DNA of 64,000 nt from Sulfolobales archaeon (GTDB lineage: Archaea > Thermoproteota > Thermoprotei_A > Sulfolobales > AG1), in contig JAWBYA010000001.1 in assembly GCA_038867615.1 (NCBI GenBank), forward strand, positions 32,001 to 96,000. The letters run 5' to 3'. The notes under the pieces are model-generated. The model made no database searches and was not told where the DNA came from. It worked only from the letters and a program-made list of their open reading frames with translations. Both the position numbers and the translations under genes were made by a program. This document shows positions 18,423-28,393 of the stretch, piece after piece. Numbering within the stretch: position 1 is the first letter of the stretch; every line of letters begins with the position of its first letter.

Positions 18423-19747
18423 ATGGAAAACACGCTAAAGACTCGCGAGGTTGTTAGGACATATAGTGTGCTAATAAGTGATGATAGGGTTGGGGATCTG
18501 ATCACATGGTATACTGAGATGCTCCAGAGAACAATAGAAAAAAATATGGAATAACATTATATGGAAGTACAAATTCCCAGAGATAGTTAAAAAAGAGAAA
18601 AGAATCAGAGTAAAGATCGGGGGGAAGATCAGGGTTCCAAAAATACCTAGCGACAAGAACTTTAAGAAGAACCTCAGGGATTCCCTATTAACACAATGCC
18701 CTTATGCTAGGCACTGGGTTGATAGCTTGATTAGAACAGCATACTCTATAATCAATTCATGGAGGAAGAGATATCTAAAAGGAAAGGCTAGGAAGACGAT
18801 GCCTAGGATTAGGAGGAGGTTTGCTAGATGCAAAATAACACTAATGAGAATAGATTATGAGAGAAGAATAATAAGAGTAACTCTAAAGCCTGGTGAGTAT
18901 CTAGAGATCTCGTGGGCTAACAGGTGGTTTATCAACAGGGTTAGAGATTGGAATGTTGGAGAGATCATTATAAAGGATAACAGGATCCTAATACCATTCA
19001 AGAAGAACGAGGTAGAGATAATAGAGGATCTTGTTGCATGGGACTCTAACGAGCTTTCGCTAGATGGATACTCACCTAGCAGGGGCTTTATAAAAGTCGA
19101 TCTGAGATATCTGCAGAGTATAAAGATAGTCTATGAGGGGAAGAAGGCAAAAGCACAGTCGCTCGGGAAGAGAGAGCTTTTTGAGAAATACTCTAGGAGG
19201 GAGAGGAATAAGGAGAAGGACTTCATAAACAAGCTAGCAAAACAAATAACAATACTATTCCCAAAAGCATTTACATATACTAGAGGATCTTGAGAAAGAG
19301 GATATGGTGAGGAGAGGAGAGGTTGATAAGGCTAGGAGGAAGAGAAACTCAAGAACACCATGGAAACAGATACACAGAAAACTCTCAGAAAAAGCATTCA
19401 TAGCAAAAATATCTCCCAAGAATACCTCTAGAACCTGCCCACAATGCGGGTATATAGTAAAGACCCAAGTGGGCAGGATATTCAAATGTAAGAAATGCGG
19501 CTTCAAACTAGATAGGCAGAAACTAGCATCAATAAACATATATCTAAAATACACCAGGATGTGGGGGTTTCCCCACAGCTATGAGCCTGAGATATCCTAT
19601 GAAGGGGAGCTGTGGGTCGGGGTCACCCTGAACGGGTGGAGGCCGAGGATAAGGGCCCCAATGATAGAGGCCCTGAGGCCTATGAAACCAAGGGAAGAGC
19701 GGTTGATATCGCTCGACATCAACCGCTATGAAACCCGAACCCCTTAA
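18423..19747 (+). pseudogene. tnpB: TnpB (IS200/IS605, IS1341-like solo tnpB), split by two +1 frameshifts
   Basis: ATG 18423 MENTLKTREVVRTY; extra A in A7 at 18538-18544; extra base near 19270; RuvC-I VAWDSN, RuvC-II ILEDL, Zn finger CPQC..CKKC, RuvC-III DRQKLASINI; no tnpA nearby. Confidence 0.9.
19555..19744 (+). ncRNA. Putative TnpB omega/reRNA scaffold overlapping the tnpB 3' end (family A reference copy)
   Basis: GC-rich structured 3' end of tnpB (CCCACAGCT..AGCTGTGGG stem; GCGGTTGAT..ATCAACCGC hairpin), conserved in several dispersed copies; TnpB omega-RNAs are known to overlap the gene 3' end. Confidence 0.65.
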
Positions 19748-19784
19748 CCTTAAAAGACTGTTTAACTACATAACTGTGGGTCTT

Positions 19785-20396
19785 GTGGTGACAAGCGAGG
19801 CCGTGGATCTGTCCGAGAGTGTTGTCTCGATCACAGATATAAAGCTGTTTAATAAGTGGAGCTATGTTGGCATAGACGTAAGGGATCCGAGCCTGAAGAA
19901 ATACATATCCCTCAAGCCAGTATTCCTCCCCCATACAGGGGGTAGGCATGAGCATAGAAGGTTTGGTAAAGCCAGGGTCCCTATAGTGGAGAGACTTATA
20001 AACAACCTCATGAGGAGAGGAAGGAATATCGGGAAAAAGGTATTAGCATATAACATTGTTAAGAACGCCTTCGAAATAATACATCTAAGAACAGGTGAAA
20101 ACCCACTACAGATCCTGGTGAGAGCTATAGAGAATGCCGCACCAAGGGAGGAGACCACAAGGATCATGTACGGAGGAATAGTATACCACGTTGCAGTAGA
20201 CATAGCACCAATGAGGAGAGTCGATCTAGCCTTAAGACATATAGTAGAAGGAGCAAGGCTCTGCGCCTTCAAGAGCGTAAGGCCAATAGAGGAATGCCTA
20301 GCAGAAGAGATAATAGCAGCAGCATCCAACGATCCCAAAAGCCACGCAATAGCTAGGAAAGATGAGATAGAAAGAATAGCACTCAGCTCTAGGTAG
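19785..20396 (+). CDS. rps7: 30S ribosomal protein S7 (uS7)
   Basis: [47 protein letters not shown]; start moved to GTG 19785/19788. Confidence 0.97.
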   Translation: MVTSEAVDLSESVVSITDIKLFNKWSYVGIDVRDPSLKKYISLKPVFLPHTGGRHEHRRFGKARVPIVERLINNLMRRGRNIGKKVLAYNIVKNAFEIIHLRTGENPLQILVRAIENAAPREETTRIMYGGIVYHVAVDIAPMRRVDLALRHIVEGARLCAFKSVRPIEECLAEEIIAAASNDPKSHAIARKDEIERIALSSR

Positions 20397-20588
20397 GCAT
20401 ACACATCTTTTCCTCTGCCTATCCAAAACCCAGGCTTGGAGACCGTTTCTTATTCATTCTTCATAGCGATTATGGGTATTGCTATACTGGGGTATCACGC
20501 CGGTGTTAGTAATAGCCCTAAATACGGTGGAATTGCTTCTGCTAATACTCTTATAAAAGATCTGTTATTGAGAGGCTCTGTGTTGATG

Positions 20589-20665
20589 TGGTGGGCCCGG
20601 GGGGATTTGAACCCCCGACCCCCCGGTTATCAGCCGGGTGCTCCACCAGGCTGAGCTACGGGCCC
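20589..20665 (-). tRNA. tRNA-Ile(GAT), CCA encoded, no intron
   Basis: Reverse complement GGGCCCGTAGCTCAGCCTGGTGGAGCACCCGGCT-GAT-AACCGGGGGGTCGGGGGTTCAAATCCCCCCGGGCCCACCA folds as a cloverleaf. Confidence 0.97.
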
Positions 20666-20790
20666 ACCATTTATCTTTATATTCCAAGCCCTATAACTTT
20701 CAACACTGTAGATCTATATGTGCGGTCTTAAAGCTAGATACTCGTGTGCCCTGATATAACTCGCACTAGACATATCTATCGATGATTATT

Positions 20791-20972
20791 GGGGGTTCAA
20801 GCCTCATATAGGTTGATCAAAGTATCAACAGCGCTTCTCATTGTTTCACAGGCCTCGGGGCCATCTGTCATTGAGGCCCTTATCCTTGGTATCCGCCGTT
20901 AGGGGTTGCACCATCCCAACTACATTTACCGTTTTGCCCTGGTTATTGCTTAGGAAGCACTATATCCGTGTT
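20791..20972 (-). mobile_element. Orphan copy of the tnpB right end / omega-RNA region (family A)
   Basis: Minus strand AGGATAAGGGCCTCAATGACAGATGGCCCCGAGGCCTGTGAAAC vs tnpB end AGGATAAGGGCCCCAATGATAGAGGCCCTGAGGCCTATGAAAC; same GTTGATA..ATCAAC hairpin and TATGA....GAACCCC terminus. Confidence 0.85.
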
Positions 20973-21208
20973 CTCTTTATCCACCCCGCTATCTACACGC
21001 CCCTCGGGTCTTTATAGCTACCCATTGTTAGACTGATATCCCCATAGAATAATAGAGCCATGCTATGTTCCCACAGAACTACATACTTAGTATTATTCCT
21101 TGTAAACACTCTTGAAACTCGAAGCAATTGGCTATAGCCTTGCCCCAGTGTTTTCGCTATGGACTGGATTCTTTTTATCCCCGAAAATCATTATCTCTGG
21201 GAATCCTT

Positions 21209-23440
21209 ATGGGTAGGGCTGGACAGAGACAAGCCAAGCCATCGGAGACTGTGCAGAAGACCCCGCAGGTTGTGATCCCAAGGATTGTTAGGATCTCTGG
21301 CTATGTTGTTCTCGCAGCAACGATTATGATCGCTGTGTATCTCCGCATCCTCCCATATATCAATACAATTAGCTATGGCTATCCCCCATATCTGGATGAG
21401 CTGGATCCCTATGAAGCGTACTATGTTGTGAGTTATATGCTTCAACATGGACCCCTATCATATTTCGATCTAAGGCCTCCCAACCCGGCTACAATGATCT
21501 TCTGGTATCCGTGGGGAAGGGATTTCCTGACAACAGAGCTTCCGGGCTTGATGTATACGATCTATCTCACATACCTGCCTCTAAAGCTCTTCGGCGTTGA
21601 TCTCATGACATATATGGTTCTCTTCCCCGCGATAGCTACGGCGATCGCTTTGATCGGGATCTATCTCGTCTCGAAAGAGATCTCTGGGAGCATGTTGGCA
21701 GCGATAGTCTCGACAGCGTTCTTTGCATTCCTCTTCACGGATAGAACGCTTGCTGGCTTTACTGTTAAGTATACTATGGCTTTAATGCTACTCCCATACG
21801 GGATCTATACATTTGTAAGGGCGTATAAATCGTTCAAGCCTCTTGACTTCCTCATCCATGGTCTTGTAGTAGCCTATATGGCTGCATCCTCTGGTCTCTA
21901 TATAGGTGTGCTCGCTGTCTCATCCCTCGTTATGATCCTATACCCCTTTGTGGCTAGGAATGTGGATCCTGCTAAGATCATGATAAACACTGCATTGATC
22001 ATGATCCCTCCGTTGATCGTATTTGTATCATACCCCCTGTACGGGGTATCCTATGTATATAAAAGCATTGGCGGGATCACGATACTCACCCTAGCCCTAA
22101 TAGCTGTGAGATACTATCTCATACCAATGGTGGCTAGGAAGAATGCGAATATTATCTATCTAGGGATCCTTGTGCTAACCGTAGTAACAGGTCTAGTCCT
22201 GGTGGCTGTGGGTCATCTTGTTGGTGGAAAGGCTGCCCAGGCTCTCGGGATAACCCATATCCTTGGTACGCTCTCATTCACGATAGCTGAGTATCAGCCG
22301 ACAAACCCGAGCTTTCTCATGAGTTATTACGGGGTTCTCATTATAGTGGCTATCCTCTCAGTGCTATACAGTATCTATCTCATCATTGCGAAGAGGGATC
22401 TCATAGCACTCTATGTTGCGGTGCTCGGTATCTCAACACTATATGTTCTTGAGAATCTAAGCTATTTCGTGTCTTTCGCAGCCCTTGTGATGAGCATAAT
22501 GGCGTCATACTTTATAGGGCTTCTATCATCCACCATATCCTCAAGGCTTTTTGCTGCGAGGAGAAGGAGGTCTTCATCAATAGCTCCAATAATATCCATA
22601 GTTCTTCTAGTAACGCTGATACCGGCTCAGGGTTATATTTCATATTCGTATCATATAAATGCTTATAAGAACCACCTACCAATGGTGCTTACATCAGGTA
22701 TAGGTCTTGCATCTCCAAACACGGCATGGCTCGATGCTCTTGAATGGATGAGGGAGAATACTTCTAAGGATTCTGTGATTGTCTCGTGGTGGGATTATGG
22801 CTACTGGATCTCTGTGCTTGGTCAGAGGGCTTCTGTCGCTGATGGTGCTACTATCAATGGTACCCAGATAGAGCTCTTGGCAAAAATGTTCACTTCTAGG
22901 GAGGATGAGGCTGCCAGGATCCTTGTCCAGAACTTCAAAGCAGTACCTGGGAAAACATATGTTCTTGTATACGATACCTTTGTATCTGCGCAAGGTTCTG
23001 TCTATCCTCTGGTCAATGCAGATGCTGCTAAGGCTATCTCAGCTATTCTTAGGATAGCCGGCTATGATATAGATGCCGATATATATGGTAACAATCCTAG
23101 AGAGCCTAGCTATATTGGTAGCGGGCCTCAGAAGTATGTTAAGGTTGTTAACCTTGGGCAGCAGATAAAGCTGAGGCCCAACTGGGAGTCGCCGTCTCTA
23201 CAGAATATGCTGCTCTTCAGAATAATGATCAACGGTGTCTATACAGCATTCCCAGGATCTGTGTTCTACTCAGACCAGCCGGGTGCTGGAGGCACCTTTG
23301 TAGATCCAGCGGGTAAGGGTAACATGACGTACTTCAAACCAGCAGCTATATTTAAGAGTGCGGCGGTATCGATACCGGGTGCGTATGATATATATGTGAT
23401 AGTATTTATATACCAGCTGGTTGGAGCGCCTGGGGCATAG
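21209..23440 (+). CDS. aglB: Oligosaccharyltransferase AglB (STT3 family)
   Basis: LDELDPY, WYPWGR, TIAEYQP, SWWDYGYWI, ADGATIN; many TM helices; start moved to ATG 21209. Confidence 0.95.
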   Translation: MGRAGQRQAKPSETVQKTPQVVIPRIVRISGYVVLAATIMIAVYLRILPYINTISYGYPPYLDELDPYEAYYVVSYMLQHGPLSYFDLRPPNPATMIFWYPWGRDFLTTELPGLMYTIYLTYLPLKLFGVDLMTYMVLFPAIATAIALIGIYLVSKEISGSMLAAIVSTAFFAFLFTDRTLAGFTVKYTMALMLLPYGIYTFVRAYKSFKPLDFLIHGLVVAYMAASSGLYIGVLAVSSLVMILYPFVARNVDPAKIMINTALIMIPPLIVFVSYPLYGVSYVYKSIGGITILTLALIAVRYYLIPMVARKNANIIYLGILVLTVVTGLVLVAVGHLVGGKAAQALGITHILGTLSFTIAEYQPTNPSFLMSYYGVLIIVAILSVLYSIYLIIAKRDLIALYVAVLGISTLYVLENLSYFVSFAALVMSIMASYFIGLLSSTISSRLFAARRRRSSSIAPIISIVLLVTLIPAQGYISYSYHINAYKNHLPMVLTSGIGLASPNTAWLDALEWMRENTSKDSVIVSWWDYGYWISVLGQRASVADGATINGTQIELLAKMFTSREDEAARILVQNFKAVPGKTYVLVYDTFVSAQGSVYPLVNADAAKAISAILRIAGYDIDADIYGNNPREPSYIGSGPQKYVKVVNLGQQIKLRPNWESPSLQNMLLFRIMINGVYTAFPGSVFYSDQPGAGGTFVDPAGKGNMTYFKPAAIFKSAAVSIPGAYDIYVIVFIYQLVGAPGA

Positions 23441-23479
23441 GAACGCCACTGGTTTTATATGGCTTAGAATGATCTATGG

Positions 23480-24148
23480 GTGTTTTATTGGCGGTGTCTC
23501 TTTTTATCCCTTCGTAGTACGCTGGATAACAACTGGTCATGTGGGCTATATCTTTTATCTATATTTATGGCAAGCCATATGCTGGGTATTTGCTTGAGCA
23601 CTGCGCAGGAGCAGGTTACCCCAAATACTGGTAGTGCCAGCAGTGAACAGGGTGGTCAGGATCGGCAGGGTGTGGTTGGTAGCAATAATTCCTCCTTGAT
23701 TGTTGATGGTAGTGTGGGTGTGATAGATATTGTTGGTGTTATAGATAGGATCAATACTGATCTTAGGTCTATAAGCGATAGGGTTGAGGGTCTCGATAAT
23801 TCTCTGAAAAGTCTGAAGAGTAGTGTTGATGTGATCGCGGATATTAGGCGGGATATAGAGTCTCTGGGATCTGCTATACAGTCTATGAAGGGGTATGTCG
23901 AGTCTGTTAGGAAAGAAGCATCGATATCAAGGCTGATAGGCGTTGTGGGGGTTTGGAAGCTAGCTCTATGCCTGAATAATAAGTCTGGCGTGTGCTATGC
24001 TTGGAGGCTTGGTGAGAATATACATGAGATAACAGCTATATATGGAGACCAGGTTGTTGTCGAGGTTGATGGTGTTAAGAGAGTAAGGGTGTCTATGGCG
24101 TACCACCTATGCGGTATATGTCCTCTATTTAGGCCCAGAGCACCATGA
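23480..24148 (+). CDS. Hypothetical coiled-coil protein with Cys-rich C-terminal domain
   Basis: Heptad region IDRINTDLRSISDRVEGLDNSLKSL...; C..C..CGICPLF C-terminus; real start probably ~23594 or later. Confidence 0.65.
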   Translation: MFYWRCLFLSLRSTLDNNWSCGLYLLSIFMASHMLGICLSTAQEQVTPNTGSASSEQGGQDRQGVVGSNNSSLIVDGSVGVIDIVGVIDRINTDLRSISDRVEGLDNSLKSLKSSVDVIADIRRDIESLGSAIQSMKGYVESVRKEASISRLIGVVGVWKLALCLNNKSGVCYAWRLGENIHEITAIYGDQVVVEVDGVKRVRVSMAYHLCGICPLFRPRAP

Positions 24149-24192
24149 TCTACTAGTAACCCAACCCGATCTTTTTCTAACGATGGGAAAGG

Positions 24193-24969
24193 CTATGTAG
24201 CTCTATCCCCGCTATTGATAATCTCTCTAGCTTTTTTCAAGGCATGCTCCCTCTCTATACAGCCCTTACACTTACCACAAGGAGACGGCCTGTTATCATA
24301 ACAGCTCCAGCTCCTCTCAATAGGAGCCCCGATCCCTAGTCCCAGGGCTGTAACCTCAACCTTGTTTAGGGGTAATAGGGGTGAGCAGATCCTTATCCCC
24401 GGGACATAGTATCTAGCTATCTTCGCGATATCCTCTAAGAAAGCCTGGGACACGTCTGGAAGGCGTTGGGAATCATCACCATTATGGGCAGTCAATATAG
24501 CACATGCACCGTGGATCTCAGCTATATAGAGGGCATATCCAAAGAATATCACGTTCCTCGCAGGCACATAGTAAGGCTCCCTACCGGTCATAGCACTATA
24601 TCCAAGCCCAACGAGCTCCACAGCCTCCATAAGATCCCTAGCATCTACCTCATAGAAAGCCTCAACACCCTTTATAGCCGAGAGCATATCCCTAAGCGCC
24701 TCCCTCTCCCTAGGAGCCCTACTCCTAGTATTTATACTGAGAGCGATAATCCTAGCACCATAGATCTCAAGAAGCCTTAAAAGAACAGCAGTATCAAGAC
24801 CCCCAGAAGCAAGAACAACAACCCTCCTACACAAACCCCCTCCAAGACAATCATCAACACTCCTCAAAGCCCTATCAAAAAAGCGACCCAGAAAACCCGT
24901 ATTACCAACCGCGAACCTCGACGCTAGCAACCCCAGCCCAACTAAATACAGCCAGAAAGCTAATATCAA
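24193..24969 (-). CDS. queC: QueC-family PP-loop ATPase (7-cyano-7-deazaguanine synthase-like), paralogue 1
   Basis: VVLASGGLDT, YVPARN, WSCY..PCGKCKGC; canonical YPDC replaced by LPDV; true start probably downstream of 24969. Confidence 0.88.
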   Translation of the reverse strand: MILAFWLYLVGLGLLASRFAVGNTGFLGRFFDRALRSVDDCLGGGLCRRVVVLASGGLDTAVLLRLLEIYGARIIALSINTRSRAPREREALRDMLSAIKGVEAFYEVDARDLMEAVELVGLGYSAMTGREPYYVPARNVIFFGYALYIAEIHGACAILTAHNGDDSQRLPDVSQAFLEDIAKIARYYVPGIRICSPLLPLNKVEVTALGLGIGAPIERSWSCYDNRPSPCGKCKGCIEREHALKKAREIINSGDRAT

Positions 24970-25318
24970 AAAGAAAAACCTTGTATAACATCACCACACA
25001 TGCTTTGATTGCTCAATATTATATGAGAATGTATACATTGGATCTGGCAGAAATCCCATTTCAGCCCCAATCTAACACGTTCTACAGAACCTAACTCGGA
25101 TGGGATCCCACGATTATGCTGTCCAAGCGTATGCTTATATATCTTCAGTTTAGATTAATCTGCCTTCTTTCGGAATTATTGAATCATTGCTGATCCTCTT
25201 TCTCCTTCTACTTAGACTCATTAAACAAACTGGTTGAGATATCCAGCATCTAACCATAATTTTAATAATTTTCTGGATAATATTATTAGGCAAATAAAGG
25301 GGTTATGAGGGTTGAATA

Positions 25319-28300
25319 TTGAGTAGAGTATCAAGTATAGAAAAAGATAGGCGTTTAATTGAAGAATCCCTCCCGTTGAGCGAGATCAGCCTTGATACTA
25401 TTATCGAGGTCGGTTTTAAAGGGCTTGAAAAAGGAAAAAGACAAGAATATTTAAAGGTCTTTAAGATTAAGCCAATGGTTAGAGGTCCAAGGATTCGGAA
25501 TCTTCATACGTGGTTTGCAAGAAGACCCTGCTCTCTGTCTCGCATGCTGACCTTAAGCTCTGTGGTAAGCTCGGAAACTACAAAGGATGTTTTGTTTAAC
25601 GCGCTAGGTGTTAAAGGACTTTCGATCGTTGCACATAAATACGGTTCTGGTCTTCTTTTCTATGCAAAGCCTGATAAAGATCTGGTAGAAAAAATCGTTA
25701 ACGAGAGTATGAAAAAGCCTCCGACCGAGGTCACGGTCTTAGATCCTATGGCAGGTGGAGGTAGCATCCCTCTAGAGTCTGCTCGGCTTGGTTTTCGAAC
25801 TATCGCTATGGAATATAATCCTGTCGCCTACCTCGTTCTAAAGGCAACTGTAGAGTTTCCGGCGAAATACGCTGATTCAGGACTATTCGAAGAGACCTTA
25901 AAGGCCTCTAGAGATTTTATTCGCAGAGCTCGTGAGGAGTTAAGTCGATATTATGGAGAGGATGTTGAAAACTATATCTTCGCTCGTGGGGTTAGATGTC
26001 CGTTCTGTAAGGGGCTTATCCCTATCCAGGGGATAGAGCCTGAGATAACTAAGGATTCAAGCTTTAAAAAGAGGTTTCTAAAAATAACCTATGACAAACA
26101 GAGAAAGACCTTTTCAACAGAGACAACGGATGAACCCATACGCTCCGCAACTATTGCTAAGCGTGGGAACTATATTATGTGTCCATACTGTGGTAAGTGG
26201 TTTCAGCTAAGAGGACGAACAGAGGGCGGGGCTACAGCGTTCGATAAATGGTTCCGGGATCACGCGCTTTTGATGGAAAACATAGTAGAGGGTTTTACAC
26301 CCATTACCACAGAGATCGAGGAAAGCGTATTCAACCTACATATACCGCTTGTAAAGCAGGTTGGCAACAGCTTTCAATCGGTCTGGGGTGATGAGGTTGA
26401 GAGAGGAAAGTTCCTCGATTCCTTATATACCCTCAGCAACGAGCTTCTAGATCTTCAGGACTATATTCCGCTCGATGAGATCCCTCCGGATAACGTGTGG
26501 GCGAGGACAGCAAGAAGCAAGGGCTTGACAAAGTGGTATATGCTATTCAATCCCAGACAGCTGCTAAGTATAGCTAAGCTTGCAAAGCTAGTAGCAGAAA
26601 CAGCGGAAAGTTTAGCCTCGAAGAACGGTGAGTTCGGCGCTGCCATAGCAACCTATCTAGCATTAGCCATAGACAAAATAGTAGATTATAACACAATAGC
26701 AACAATGTGGCATAAAAGTCGTGCGATAATTGCGCCTATGCTTAGGGGAGAGAGCACCCTTGACTTCAGAAAAGAGTACTGTGAAATAAAGCGTATAGAT
26801 AAAGCAATAACTTGGACTTTAGAGCCAGATATAGCTGAATCTTACGCTCTGACAAAAACTGCTGGGGGTGTTCTTCCAGTATTGAGATTCCTTTGCGACG
26901 AGTTCAGGGATGGGGATGCTAAAGGGCTGGTGAGAATCTATATGGGTGATGCGACCAGGCTTTCAAGTATTCTGGAGCCTAAGAGTGTGGATGTTATAAA
27001 TGTTGATCCTCCGTACTTTGAGCAGGTGATCTATAGTGATAGGAGTGAGTTCTTCTGGGTTATACTTCGTAGGGCTTTGGCTCCGGTTCTTGATCTGCTG
27101 TTTAGCCAGAATCTGAAGCTAACTGGTTGGACTTGGACTAAACCGACTGTTCCTAGGGAGAGGGAAGTTGTGGCTTATGATAAGGAGGATAGAGAGGGGA
27201 GGTTTAGCAAGCTATTTAAGGACTTCATAGCGGAGACCTCGAAAGTGTTGAGGGATGATGGGGTTTTAGTCCTATGGTTTACGCATCCAACGGCGCAGGC
27301 GTGGGGAGTGGTAAGTGAATCTCTATATGAAAGCGGCTACGTGGTTCCTAAGGTCTGGCCTGTTCAGACGGAGATGAGGACCCGTTATAAGAGGCATGTG
27401 AATGTCGTGGCGCAGGAGATGAGCCTTATCATAGTGGGGCGTAAATATCCTCGCCAGAAGCTCTTAGAGGTATCGCCCCACAATGTTAGAGAGAGTATTA
27501 TGGAGAACAGCCTGTTTAGGGAGACCGTTGAGAGGGTTGTTGAGGATACAAGAGAGGTTATAGCAGGGGTTAGCGCTTCTCCAGCTGATAGGGCAGCTCT
27601 TATGTTTGGGGCAGCGCTTAGTGTTGCATCAAGGTTCGAGCTTCCTGTAGGTGCTAAATTTACCGATCTCTATGATGCGGCTATAACTGCTGTGATGTCT
27701 AAGTATATAGAACCTCTGATCCGCAAGGTACTTGTAGAGACCGGCCCTGTAAAGCTGGATGAGAGCACTGCTCGAAGAGTAGTGGAGAAAGTAGCCCAGG
27801 CAATGCTCTGGGATCCGGCTACTCGCTCATACCTAACTCTATGGCTTATATCTCGTCTAGACTTGGCGACAGGAGAGATTTATAAAGAGCCATTAGGACT
27901 ATACTTCGATCTTGTCCAGACTGTGGGTAAGCTATGCGGCTTTGGTATAGAGAAGCTGAAAGAATATGGCCTTATAGCTGAGAAAGCTGCGAGGGAGGGG
28001 GAGAAGGCTTACTACCCACAGTTCCTAGAAATGCTATCCCTACCTGGTGGACGAACCCACCTGTATAAGTTAATGCAAGTAGCCCCAGGAAGAGCTGTGG
28101 TTCTGGCACAGATGAGCATGACGGAGAGCGGGGATCCAGCGCTTAGGGCTAAAAGTGTTAAAGCTAAGATAAGTGAATATGGTAAATACGATGAGAGAGA
28201 GCTCTCGCGCTATGCCTCTCTAGCGATAGTCTTGCTAGAAACGGCGCGTGACCAGGATCTCGGCTATAGGGTAGCTGATGGTACAAAGCTGACTAAATAT

Positions 28301-28381
28301 ATTCCAGGTATGGATGAAAGTGAAATTGCAAAGGTTGTAAGAGAATTAGCGATAAAAACTTTGACACATTTAGTCTTTTAG
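25319..28381 (+). CDS. DUF1156-type Zn-ribbon-containing DNA amino-methyltransferase (COG1743, PglXI-like)
   Basis: LIEESLP..NLHTWFARRP N-terminus, VLDPMAGGGSIPLE (motif I), CPFC/CPYC, NVDPPYFEQVIYSD (motif IV). Confidence 0.9.
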   Translation: MSRVSSIEKDRRLIEESLPLSEISLDTIIEVGFKGLEKGKRQEYLKVFKIKPMVRGPRIRNLHTWFARRPCSLSRMLTLSSVVSSETTKDVLFNALGVKGLSIVAHKYGSGLLFYAKPDKDLVEKIVNESMKKPPTEVTVLDPMAGGGSIPLESARLGFRTIAMEYNPVAYLVLKATVEFPAKYADSGLFEETLKASRDFIRRAREELSRYYGEDVENYIFARGVRCPFCKGLIPIQGIEPEITKDSSFKKRFLKITYDKQRKTFSTETTDEPIRSATIAKRGNYIMCPYCGKWFQLRGRTEGGATAFDKWFRDHALLMENIVEGFTPITTEIEESVFNLHIPLVKQVGNSFQSVWGDEVERGKFLDSLYTLSNELLDLQDYIPLDEIPPDNVWARTARSKGLTKWYMLFNPRQLLSIAKLAKLVAETAESLASKNGEFGAAIATYLALAIDKIVDYNTIATMWHKSRAIIAPMLRGESTLDFRKEYCEIKRIDKAITWTLEPDIAESYALTKTAGGVLPVLRFLCDEFRDGDAKGLVRIYMGDATRLSSILEPKSVDVINVDPPYFEQVIYSDRSEFFWVILRRALAPVLDLLFSQNLKLTGWTWTKPTVPREREVVAYDKEDREGRFSKLFKDFIAETSKVLRDDGVLVLWFTHPTAQAWGVVSESLYESGYVVPKVWPVQTEMRTRYKRHVNVVAQEMSLIIVGRKYPRQKLLEVSPHNVRESIMENSLFRETVERVVEDTREVIAGVSASPADRAALMFGAALSVASRFELPVGAKFTDLYDAAITAVMSKYIEPLIRKVLVETGPVKLDESTARRVVEKVAQAMLWDPATRSYLTLWLISRLDLATGEIYKEPLGLYFDLVQTVGKLCGFGIEKLKEYGLIAEKAAREGEKAYYPQFLEMLSLPGGRTHLYKLMQVAPGRAVVLAQMSMTESGDPALRAKSVKAKISEYGKYDERELSRYASLAIVLLETARDQDLGYRVADGTKLTKYIPGMDESEIAKVVRELAIKTLTHLVF

Positions 28382-28393
28382 AGAGGTGAAAAT

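Noticed and set aside
18538-18544. Programmed frameshift at the tnpB A7 run
   Set aside because: The required shift is +1 rather than the usual IS -1, and a second independent frameshift follows; decay or sequencing error is simpler.
5355-21085. Recurrent intergenic TTCC(C)ACA(G/C)AAC motif (about 5358, 12412, 21068)
   Set aside because: Short and degenerate, with no consistent position relative to promoters; may be chance.
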